From Geosiphon pyriformis uo1 (taxonomy: Eukaryota; Fungi; Glomeromycota): a stretch of 64,000 nucleotides of DNA. A model generated the notes under the pieces. It saw only the letters and a program-made list of their open reading frames with translations, searched no databases and was not told where the DNA came from. This document shows positions 25,681 to 37,865 of the stretch, in pieces. A program made the position numbers and the translations under genes. The stretch covers positions 4,443-68,442 of the forward strand of contig JAAOMT010000771.1 of the NCBI GenBank assembly GCA_016748015.1, given 5' to 3'. Each line of letters begins with the position of its first letter. The first letter of the stretch is position 1.

Positions 25681-26613
25681 ACAAATCCTCTGAAAAAGCC
25701 CCAGCTTTTGAATTCGAACCGGAAGAGGAAAAACCCCTTATTGAAACATTCATGGCTTTTGGATCAATGTCCAACTGGGCCGATGAAACAGAACAAGAAC
25801 ATTTTACCCCACACACTAAACCTGAAACCTCTGGATGAAATATCTCTTACTCAAAACCCAAACCAAAGAAACAACGCCCCTATATTCCCCTTAAATTTAA
25901 GGACTGCCACAAGAAACTATTGTCAATGGGAGCCTGCATTTCACCTGAAGAAGAATATGAGAATCATACTTGTTATTACTGTAAGGCTTGCCACAGAGAA
26001 TGATGGGGCCATCTAATAAAAAGGAGCAGAAAATGGGACAACACCCCTTGTTTGACTTGTGGAGATATGCTACCGAAAGAATACAATTGGATTGATGTAG
26101 TCATGAGAGGAGGAGTTTGCAATCAAACCTGCCAATATGCTTTATCAATTTCAGAAAAAGTAAAAAGAGGAACACCCTTTAATGCAGCATACAACAGTGC
26201 TTTCAACAAACTTTATCACTACTCCCATGATGCTGAGATGATTTTTGACCTAGCAATGGCATTAATTAATGGAGCTACCAAAAAAGATGTTCGCCAAATG
26301 AAGGAAGCAGAATATATTGAATACACCATAAAATTAGCTGAATTCGATTATGAAGATGAAGTAGAAGTCTACCACCAAATTGTAAGTCATATCTACCCAA
26401 CTCAAAAAGCTCAAATTCAGCAATTAGAGCAAATAAACATTAGGCTATGTGAAGAATGCATTATGCCTTGCGATGAACAGTAGTGTCTTGAATGCTATGC
26501 TCTTAGTATTCCCTTGCCCAGCAAAAATGATGAGAACAAAATTGAATTTGGAGAACCTGAAGCAATGGAAGAAAGTGAAACAACACCTATCTACCTTATT
26601 GAAAATCAGCCTG

Positions 26614-27047
26614 CCTTACAACTTAAATACTTCAACAACAACGGACAAAGAATAAAACCCAAAAAAGCACACGAAATTGATGCTGGATATGACCTAAGAT
26701 ATCCAAACAAGGATATTCTTGTTCTCAAACCCAAATCCCTCACAAAAATCAACTTAAAAATTGCACTCAAAATCTTGCCAGGAGCAATGGTTCAAATCAC
26801 CTCCCGGTCCTTTCTGGCAAGCAAAAGAATCAATGTCAGAGGAGGAATAATTGATGCTGGATATACTGGAGACATTACAGTGATGCTTCAAAACAAAACT
26901 AACAAACCATTCAAGATCAAACATGCTGAAAAAATTGCCCAAGCTATTTACCTACCCTTAATCAACATTTCGGGTTTGCAACTAATCGATCAAAGAAAAC
27001 AATTAGGAAAAAGCGATAGAAGAACCCAAGGTTTTGGTTCAACTGGA
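26614..27047 (+). pseudogene. dut: dUTPase domain within pol of element A
   Basis: All five trimeric dUTPase motifs: AGYDL, SRS, GIIDAGYTG, KIAQ, RRTQGFGSTG. Confidence 0.95.
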
Positions 27048-27599
27048 CGATTCACAGTTCCAGTTAATATAGCTTTTAACACACAGAACAAATCTCACCA
27101 GATTCTCAGACTTCTACAACCAATTACCATCTCACCCTTTGGAGAACATCTGAAAATCTACACCTGCCCAAAGCCAACAACCACACAACAAATTTTTGAG
27201 TCCAATGAACAAATCTACTTAGAACATAATATTTCAATCTCAAACATTTATATTCCAGAAGGAACAAAGAAAGTCCGAGTTACTTTTTACAATCCCAATA
27301 ATTACCTCATAATTTTATTAAATAATTTAGAAATTGGAGTTATTCACAGTAATATATTTTAACAAGAATTACCCCAAACAGTTCCTGATTTCTCTGAAAT
27401 TATTGGACATTCAATACCAAAAATTAACCCAAACCCCAGCTCTGAAAACTATCATGTTGTCATAGAAAAACTATCTTGAATCAACATGGGACAACTTGAA
27501 CCACAACAACAGACCCAGCTCAAAGAGCTAATTGTAGAATTTGCCAATATCTTTGCTGAAAACAACAATGACTTAGAAAGAACCAATTTGGTCCAACAC

Positions 27600-28889
27600 C
27601 AAATTTATAAAGGAGATGCCAAACCAAGAAGACAACAAGCATATTGAGTTGCTCCAGAAAGCCACCAATTCATCCGAGAAGAAGTACAACAAATGCTTAA
27701 CAATGGGCTCATCCAACCCTTCATGAGTCTTTGGGCTTTACTTGTAGTGCTAGTTAAAAAAAAAAAGAGAAAGATCCGATTTTGTGTTGACTATCAACAA
27801 CTCAACAGTGTTACAATTGGAGATGCCTACTCCCTTCCCCGGATTGATGACATGTTAGATGCCCTTGGAAAATCCAAATACTTTTCAACACTAGATTTAG
27901 AAAGCGGTTACTAACAAGTTGCTATGGATCCCAAAGATCGCCCCAAAACAGCATTCACTATCCAAGGCAAAAATTACGAGTTCAATGTAATGCCTTTTGG
28001 ATTATGCAATGCACCAGCAACATTTCAGAGATTAATGGATGTTGTGTACTAAAGACTTCTTTGGAAGTCAGTAGTTGTTTATCTTGACAATACTGATGTT
28101 TATTTTCTATCATTCGAATTACACTTAAAACATCTACGAGAAGTTTTTCAATGATTATGAAAAGCAGGACTAAAACTCAATATCAAAAAATACTACTTTG
28201 GAAAAACAAGCCTGACCTTCCTTGGTCATATTGTTAGTAAAGATAGAATTAAACCAGACCCTGGAAAAATCAGCGTTGTTAAAAATTTCAAAACTCTTCG
28301 AAACACTACAGAATTAAGAGGATTTATAGGATTAGCATCCTACTATCGGAAGTTTATCAAAGGATTCTCTGAAATTGCAAAACTCCTCAACCAGCTTACC
28401 ACCAAAAATGTTGAATATAAATGGACTACCGAACACCAAAAAGCTTTTGAAATTCTCAAGAAAAAACTGACAACAGCTCCAATTCTTGCCTACCCGGATT
28501 TCAGCAACCAATTTTGACTAGCTATAGATGCTTTATATACTGTCTTTGGTGCCATCTTATCACAACTAGATGACAACGGAAATGAGCGAGTAATTGCTTA
28601 TGCTAACAAAACATTAAAACCAGCTGAGAAAAACTACCCTGCCACAAAACTAGAAACAGCAGCTGTAATTTGGGCTCTACACCACTTCAATCTTTATCTC
28701 AGGCCTAAAGAATTCAATATTATTACTGATAATATTGGACTTAAATGGCTTCAGAACAAAAATACTCAGCTGAATGCAAAACAAACCCGATGGACAGGAT
28801 TTCTAGCAAACTATCGATACATAGTACATCACAAACCAGAAAAACTCCACACCAATGTTAACTGTCTCTCCAAAATGAGACAAGATTAA
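27600..28889 (+). pseudogene. pol: Reverse transcriptase and RNase H of element A
   Basis: RFCVDY, LPRIDD, LDLESGY, MPFGLCNAPATF, YLDN (from YLDD); RNase H ends NCLSKMRQD-TAA. Confidence 0.95.
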
Positions 28890-28952
28890 AAAAAAAAAAA
28901 AAAAACACAAAAACCAACACTCAACTTAACCAACCAAAAGAGCCAACAAACA

Positions 28953-30338
28953 ATGAATTCAGAAAACTACAATGATCTCAAACAATATTTGAAAACATTA
29001 ACAATCCCAACAGATTGGTCTCCAAATGAAAAACATCGACTACAACAACAAGCCAAACAATATTTTCTACACAACAACATTATTTATCATCGAAATTTCA
29101 AAAACCCAGACAAATCACTTAGATTAATACAAGAACAGGAAAAAAAGACTATATTATACAACATGTACTTAGATCCTTTATCAGCCCACTTCGGAAAAAA
29201 CAGCACCACCCAAAAAACACTAGAATACTACTTTTGGTTTCAAATGAAAAAAGACATTTACGAATATGTCGAATCTTGTAATAGTTGTCAAAAAAGAGAA
29301 GGAACTTGCTTTACAGAACCTTTAAACCCAATCAAAGTTGAACAGTCTTTTGACAGAGTTGGTATCAATTAAGTTGGACCACTACTTATTACAAACCAAG
29401 AAAACTGCTATATTGCAGTAACTGTAGACTATCTCACCAAATGGCCTGAAGCCAGAGCCATTCAACGGGCAGATGCAAAATCAGTAGCAAACTTCATTTA
29501 CGAAGACATCATTTGTAGACATGGATGCCCAATAGAACTTTTATCTAATCAAGGAACACATTTTGTGAACAATTTAATTCAGAAAATTTGTGGACAATTT
29601 AATATCAAAAGACCATTATCTTCACCCTACCATCTACAAACAAATGGACTGGTAGAACAGTTCAACAGAATATTGTGTGAATCATTAGCCAAAGTTTCAA
29701 CCGATTTTGAGCAAGAATGGGATCTCTTTATTTCATCAGTGTTACTAGTGTATAGGACACTAAAACAAGATACCACAAAACACACACCATTTGATTTAAC
29801 TTACAGAAGGACGGCAATGTTACTAATTAGTTTCACAGTGGAAACATACCCAGCACAACCAATCAATGAAAACAATTTTCAGGAAACGCTTCAACAAAGA
29901 GCCTACACTCTGCTTAGCACATTGGAAGGAAAACAACAAATAGCAGCCACCCATATTGAACACTCCCAAGCTCAACAAAAAGAACAGCATGATGAAAAAT
30001 TGTCTCCAGTCACCAATAAATTTAAAATTGGAAACAAAGTTCTCTTACACAGAACTAAAGCTGAAAAACAATAGTGTGGAAAATTTGAAAATAAATGGGA
30101 TGGACTATTTTTTATCCATGAAGTTTTAGGCAACGGATTATACAAGCTAAGACTTGATGACAAAATTCTAACAAAAGTTGCATATGGAGATCGTTTGAAA
30201 CACTATAATTCCAGAAACAATCCTGAACCATTAATTCCACAAATTGGTACACATTCCTCTTTAATTAATCCCAAAGACATTCTCCGAAATTTAGAACCAA
30301 TAGTTGTCATTGAACAGCCTCCCAACTTGAACACTTAA
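28953..30338 (+). pseudogene. Integrase of element A (own ATG; HHCC, DDE and C-terminal SH3-like part; no chromodomain)
   Basis: AHFG...CNSC, GIN*VGP, LSNQGTHF, NGLVEQFN, FKIGNKVLL. Confidence 0.93.
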
Positions 30339-30459
30339 TTTAAATTTATTATTATAGTTATCTTCTTATAATTTAGAAACAATCTCACAAAAACAAAACA
30401 AAAATAACATAAAAACCCCTGCACCAAAAATAATTTTCTTTTATTTCAAATTGCTTATA

Positions 30460-31179
30460 ATGACTATTTCTCAAAACATTCAACAATTATCTCAAAAACT
30501 AATGTTAGCTTTAAAAACAATACCTGAATTATCCATTACTGTTACTGGAAACCACATTAATTATACTCAAACAGAAGTAGTTACAAATTTAGCCCCAAAT
30601 TCATGAAAATATTACCCATATAAAAAGAACACAAGAAATTATACTGGAATTCACCTGCCAGAACTTTTAAAGCTTGCTTTAAGAGAAAATCTAATGCTCA
30701 TTCCGATTAGTATTCCACCAAATGCTACAATTCAACAAAGACTTCAACTGTGTCTCAATAAGGAAAACACTGAATATTCTCCAATCTATAGATATTTTCA
30801 CATTAGAAAAACACTCTACGAACGGAAACTGGAACTTACAACAGCAAACCTCACAAAAGAAGCTATTCAAAAACAACTCTACAACAAATTCAAGACAACA
30901 GCTGGATCAACAAACAGTCACTACAGGCTCAGAGCTGCTCTTAGACTTTATGACCTATTCCACACCTGTGAAAACATACTACAAAACCCAATTTTTCAAC
31001 CTTTGAAGATTCAATACATTGGAAAGCTCACAGAACTGAAATTTCAACAATTTTCAAACCAAATTTCTTCAATAATTTTGGATTATTATCTGGAAATAAC
31101 AAACAGTACTTGGACTTTGACAGAGCTCAGTCTTAAGGAGGAGGTTATGTTACCAGACGAAATTAGAGATATCATTTAG
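30460..31179 (+). pseudogene. Additional 3' ORF (ORF3) of element A, about 240 aa, unknown function
   Basis: ATG at 30460 is in frame with ORF 30694-31179; the only interruption is a single TGA at 30604. Reads through the PPT into the 3' LTR. Confidence 0.75.
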
Positions 31180-32124
31180 CATGAAACTATCTTATAATTC
31201 TTATCATTAATTAGCATATATTATTGTTTCAAATTATTACTTATTATATTAGCAAAAATGTCTGAAATTATTATTTAATTAATAACCCAAATTGTACACA
31301 ACACAAATGTAATCTAATTGCGATAATCAATCATGCAATACTCCGAACTATATAACATTCAAAAGTTCGCCGAAATTTATAGAAATTCGCCGAAATAATT
31401 GATAGTTCACCAAAATATCTAATAATTTGCAAAAATAACTTGTAGTTCGCCAAAATATATCTTTAATTCAGTGAAATTGTAAAAAATAGCAAAGTTCAAG
31501 TTTATAAAATAGTGTTATGACAAGTTGTATAAAAGAAGAGCTTCTCTCTTCGAGAAAATATATCTTACTTTAAATTTATCACTTAGAACCATTCCTATAC
31601 ACACAAAAAAAAATAAATATCAAATAATTCAAAAAACCAAATTCTTTAATTATTGCACTTGGAAAATTCTTAAAACTCAACTAAAGTTTTGAAATTGATT
31701 AGCTACCAATTTCAATAAGCTGTTAGTGACTCTAAGTTTGGATTGAAAACGTTTTTCTTGACAGAATTCTATTTCTTTTACATCTTTTTATTTTTTTTTT
31801 ATTTTCTTACTATAATCATTAGGGTAGCCTACAGACAAGATTTTTGTAGAAGAGTTGACTTTCACAGCAAAGTAACTATACATTTTAGTGAGCTTCCAGA
31901 TGAGCAATTCCTAAGAAAGAGTTGACATTTACTACAATGTAACTACATAAAGTAACTGGCATGGAATTGGCCATTCCACTTATAAGTCTAGCAATTCAAA
32001 TTATAGAAGATAATTTAAAAATAAATTCAGTTATTGGAGGTTCAACCACATCCAGAAAACGTGAATTCACAGCAAACAAGCATCGACAACATTTAAGAAA
32101 AGAGACCAAAAACCTTCAGTAATA
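31148..32124 (+). repeat. 3' LTR of element A
   Basis: Direct repeat of 22246-23222, preceded by the PPT. Confidence 0.95.
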
Positions 32125-35100
32125 ATGTAAAACTGAACACTTTTATGCTCAAATGATTATTCACATAATAAAAATGAGATTTAAGAATAACAAATATCAA
32201 AATCAAAAGCACTTTATCCAGTAAAATACTTATAATTAAAAATAACTCACCAGAATCTGTCAAAATTATTTTCATTCCAACTTAAATGTATTTATTAACA
32301 TTTTGAATAATCTAGAACAATTTTATAAATATTACTAAGATTTAGCACTTACTTAAGAAGAGCAAGAACAGTGTTTAGAACAATTAAATACTAAACTATA
32401 TAAACATTGTCTAATTTTCAGTGACTTCAAATATTATAACAATTGTGACTTTATTTTTAATTTACTACTGTGCATGATTTATTTAATTTCCAAAGAGAAA
32501 GAATCAATTAGCAAGTGCATTTTAGAATTGGAATTGATATTTAATCATAATTCAGACTCTAATAATAATAACAACAACAATTCTAACTTTATTCACAATA
32601 GCAATAACAACAATAATGATTTAAACCCCAATTACAACCCTGAACAATATATAGTACTCCCAGATTTTTTAAAGAAACAGAAACTTAAATGGTTCAGCAA
32701 TAATAATGAAAGTATTATGTCAAAATATACACATAATACTGATAGAGAATTTGATTTAAGATATTTGAAAAAAACTGCTATCAGATTAGAACCATATTCA
32801 CATATTAGTATAGATCTAAAAATAATATTGGAAATTTTAACAACAATAATAATAAACCAATCAATCTTTAAATTTAGTTTAGCAAAAAAAGGGATTAATA
32901 TCAAAAAAGAAATAATTAACACAGAATATGTAGAAAATATCATTGCAATACTATAAAACAAATTAAAAAAAACATATACTATTAAACTAAATAAAAAAAT
33001 AATACTGGTAATATTTAATACTTTTAGTAAAAATAGCTCAGTTAGTGTTAGTAAAAACAAAAAAAAAGTTAAGAATAATAGCAAAAAAGAAAAAAAAATT
33101 TGGATTAACAAGTAAAATAGAAGTACCAGTTAATATAACAAAAAAAAATTATTAATAAAGAAAAAATTATTTCTACTATTCAATCAATTTCTATTCTATT
33201 ATATAATTAATATATATTAATTATAGAAAAAAAATAAAGAATCAATCTCAAATTTTTGAAATGAAACCAACTATTTATAAGTCAGGAAAGATTAGTATTA
33301 CCAATCTTTATATACTAACCAAGAATTATAAACATATTAAAATTCTAATACACAATATAATTAGAGACCCAATAAAAATACCAAGTAGAATTACTATTGA
33401 ATACATAAACACTGAAGTTAAAAATCAATTACCAATCACCATTTCAAACTTTCTGTAATTTTGTAGATATATAAATATTACATTACAAAAAATATACAGA
33501 CAAGAAGAATATTATTTGCTACAACCAAAACAATTAGAGCAAATAAATTTGGAAAACTTAGATTCATTTCAATATATGCAACTCAAATTACTATTCAACA
33601 ATTTTACTAATATTTTTGTCAGTAAAAATAAATTTAAAAAAACTAATATTATCTAGCATCAAATTAAAACAAAGAATACAATACTAATTAAGCAATAAGC
33701 ATACTGAGTACTACCAGCCAATCATAAAATTATTTGACATAAAATCAACAGAATATTAGACAATAGATTAATTTAATTATCAATAAATCTATAATTATTG
33801 CCAGTAATACTTGTTTAGAAAAAATAAAAAGATTCATTTTTGTGTAGATTACAAAAAACTTAACAGTATAACTTGTAAAGATAGTTATTCAACTTTATAA
33901 ATTTAAAAGTTATTTAATGCTTTTAGAGAAAAGAAATAGTTTTTAACATTGGACTTAGATAGTAGTTATTAACAAATAGCTATAAATTTGTCTGACAAAG
34001 AAAAAACTATATTTACAACTAGATAAAAAAATTTTGAATTTGATATTATGCTTTTTGGCTTAACCAATGCTTCAGTCACTTTCTAACAGCTAATAAAAAT
34101 TGTCTATATTAGACTGCTATAGAAATTAGTAATAGTTTACTTAAATGACATCAATATGTTCTCAAAAACATTTAATAATTATCTCCATTATTTTCAATAA
34201 GTGTTTAAAAGATTAAAAAAAGCAGGACTAAAATTAAATACTACCAAGTATTTTTTTGAGAAAGCTAAGCTCAAGTTTTTGAGACATATTATAAGCAAAA
34301 ATAACATCAAAACAGATCCAGACAAAATTGAAATAGTTAAAAACTTTCTAGTACTAACAAATTTAACAGAGCTAAAAACATTCTTAAGATTTGCTAAATA
34401 CTACTGCTGTTTTATCCAAAACTTTTCTAAACTGTCTTAATTACTTTACTAGCTCCAAGTAAAGAATATTAAATATAAATAAATTAAAATACAACAAAAA
34501 ACCTTTGACATTTTAAGACAAAAGCTTATTTAAGCTCTAGTATTAATTTATTTAAATTATAACAAACTATTTATTATTACTACTAATGTATTTGGTTAAA
34601 CATTAAAAACCATATTGTTGGAAAAAAAAGCTAATAGATGAGAACATTCAGTAGCATATATTAACCAAAATTTGAGTTTAGCTAAAAAGAATTATGAAAC
34701 TTCAGTATTAAAATATTTAACTATCTATTATACTGTTAATAAATAGAAAAAATACTTAAGTCAAAAGTTTAATATGTATACTAATTACAAAAAATTGATA
34801 TTAATTTAAAAATAAAAATTTGGAAACAATTATTATATAAGATGAAAAATAGAACTATTATTATTTAATTATATTATATATTATAATAAAAAAAAAATTG
34901 GAAATACTAATGACTTGTTATAAATAAGATAAATCTAAAAACATTTTAACCCAAAAATATAACAAAAAATAAACACACAAAAATACTAACAACTTCAATA
35001 TTATATTAGTACTTAACAGTTTAAAGAGAAATTATTTCAAAAAAAACAAAACCACATAAAACAACAATTAAAATATTTTATTACTCATTACAATATATTA

Positions 35101-37013
35101 TATTAGAAAAACAAAAAATATTTTGATCAATTACTCAAAATAATTACAGAACCAAAAAAAAACAGTTTTGTTTAACATGTACTTAGATTTAACTACAAGA
35201 TATTTTTATAAAGAAACAATTATAAAAAAGACCAAAAAAAGATATTATTGGCTATTAATATATTCAAATATTATTTAATATGTTCAAAATTGTAATATTT
35301 ATTAAAGAAAAGGAAAAACAAGACTCAGCAAACCATTAAGACCAGTCAAAGTAAGACAACTATTTAATTGAATTGGAATTGACTTAGTTGGACTATTAAC
35401 AATAGCCAGCAAAAACAATTGTTATATAGCAGTAACTATGGATTATCTTATAAAATAGTCAAAAATAAAAGCAATTTAAAAAGCAAATACAGTATTTATA
35501 GCTAAATTCATATACCAAAATTTAATTTGTTAACATAAATGTTCAAAAAAATTGTTATCAGACCAGAAAACTCACTTTGTGAACAAAATATTAACAAAAT
35601 TAAGTCAGAAATTTGGAATTAAGAGACTATTATTATTACTATATTATCTATAAACAAATAATTTAGTTAAAAAACTCAACAGAACATTGTGTAAAGCAAT
35701 AGCCAAAATCAGCCAAAAAAACCAGGATAAATAGATTTGTTTATACTATCAATATTATTTGCTTATCAAATAATAAAGCAAGATATTATATAAGCAATAT
35801 CATTTAAACTAAGCTATAATAAAACAGCAACATTATCAATTGAGATAAATATTAATACATATCTAACTGAACCAATAACAGAAGCCAACTTTCAAAAAAC
35901 ATATGACTTAATAAAAACTTTAGAAAACAAAAGACAAAAGACAGCTGATAATATACAAAAATCACAAACAAAACAAAAAGAATAATATAATAACCAGTTA
36001 CTAAATAAATCAGTTGAATTTAAGATTAAAGACAAAATACTTTTATATTGTACCAAAGCAGAAAAACAATAAAGTAGAAAATTTGATTTTAAATGGGATA
36101 AACTATTTTAAATTGAAAAAATTCTAGAAAATAAAACATATAAGTTAAGATAAAACAACAAAATTTTAGTCAAAACAGCACATAATAATTAATTAAAACT
36201 ATATTACAATATAATATTATTATCTATCAGTAATATTCCACAATTGAGAATACAATAAATACTAATTAAATTAGATTAAATTCTATAAAATTTGGAATTA
36301 ATTATAATCATTAAAACAAACATATTAAATTAATTAATCAGAACAATATATAAAAAACCAATACATACAATAAAAGTAATAATAAAAATAAAAATTATTA
36401 ACAATATTCACTTATTTATACAACAGTTCTTACAACTTATCTAACATTAAAAATCAAGTTTAGAAGTTATTATTAACAAACAAACAATTTAATATAAAGA
36501 CAAAAAAATAATTCAAAAATCCCAAAGAAAAAAACAATATTCCAAATATTATATTTTCAAAAATTCGGTAGACAAAATAATAAAAAAAGTGAAAAAACAT
36601 TGAAAATTCTATAAAAAGTAATATTTAATAAAAAAGTAATATTAGAAAATTAAAACCAATATACACAACAAATTTTTAAAAACTTTTATTACTATTAGTT
36701 AGAACAAAAACTAAATATGTTTAATACAATAATACTACAACAAATTAAACAAGTTGTAAAAAAACCAATTTACCCACATGTGCAAAAACTATCTACAAAC
36801 CACAAATAGAATTCTAAGACCAATCAGAAATATTACTACATTTAGTAATAAGTACAGTAATAATTAATCAACTGAAAAAATTAACCAATATTCAATTTGA
36901 TAAATTATAGACAAGAATTACAAATGCAATTTTTAAGAAAAAAATTATAAAACTAATCCAAGAAAGAGATTTAAAAGATCTTAATAAAACTCAATATTAA
37001 AAAAAAGAAATAA

Positions 37014-37865
37014 TATTACTCATAAAAATTAGGAATTATAATAAATAAATAAAATAGCCAATTAGAAATAGGCCTAATAAAAAAAAATTTCAGAATTCCT
37101 TTAAAAAATTACAGGATTCCAGAATTTCAGAATTTTTTTTGAGAAATTGCAGAATTCCAAAATCCCAGAATTCCAGAATTTTTTTTAAAAGAATTGAAAA
37201 ATTTTAAATAATTTTATAAAATATAAATTATGTATATTTAATAAGAATATTAAAAGCAGAAAAAACATTTGATAATATTCAAGTCAAAAATAATAAATTA
37301 TTCTATATCCCTCTTTTGAAAAGATAATTTTCTATGACTTAAAGTAGAATTACATTAATATTAATAAAATTATCCAATTATTATCCAAATCTATGTTATT
37401 ATTATTTGATTAAAAAATATCAATTATTTTCTTATTATTAATAACTTATGTTGATAAACTCTAATACTTAATTATATTAGATCAATAACTCTTGATCATG
37501 ACTATTAACAAGATACTAATTTTTTTTATTTTTTTTTATTTTATTTTTTTGTTGCTTACTAATTGATAAAAAAATTAAGTGCTAAGTATTTGACATTAAA
37601 AATAGCCTAATAAAAACTCTGGAAATAAGAATAGAAATTTAAGAATAGCTTACTAAAAGAGCATAACTGTAAGAATAAACTGGCTATCATGCTAAAAAAA
37701 AATTTACAGAAAAAACTATCAATTGAATCTCTGTTTATTATACAAAAGACTTAACCAAAACTTTTAGACTTCAAAATTTTCAGAAATTACCAATATTTTC
37801 AATTATTAAGCACCAAGTTATAGGTTTGTTATTTGTTTTAATATCTCAAATAATTACATGTAATA
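37014..37865 (+). repeat. 3' LTR of element B
   Basis: Direct repeat of 19006-19920; LINE ORF1 resumes immediately after. Confidence 0.9.

Larger units (their letters stand above)
22246..32124 (+). mobile_element. Ty3/Gypsy element A, youngest copy, 9879 bp, dUTPase-encoding
   Basis: 977-bp LTRs (tgttacca...gtaata); perfect TSD ATGT (22242-22245 and 32125-32128); PBS at 23223; PPT aaggaggagg at 31135-31144; complete domain set. Confidence 0.97.
19006..37865 (+). mobile_element. Ty3/Gypsy element B (degenerate; hosts nested element A)
   Basis: LTRs 19006-19920 and 37014-37865; PBS tttggtgcactctgtgag; TSD atgg/ataa. Remnants of protease (about 21340-21720), dUTPase (about 32680-33120), RT (33740-34440), RNase H and integrase (about 34970-36280). 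Confidence 0.9.

Noticed and set aside
30100-30340. Chromodomain at the integrase C-terminus
   Set aside because: No chromodomain motif is visible; the ORF ends after the SH3-like segment and a short tail.
30460-31179. ORF3 as an env gene
   Set aside because: No evident signal peptide plus transmembrane anchor, fusion peptide or furin site, and it is too short.
31961-32120. ATG in the 3' LTR as a possible gag leader start
   Set aside because: The 5' LTR has ACA at this position; both likely derive from an ancestral ACG by CpG decay.
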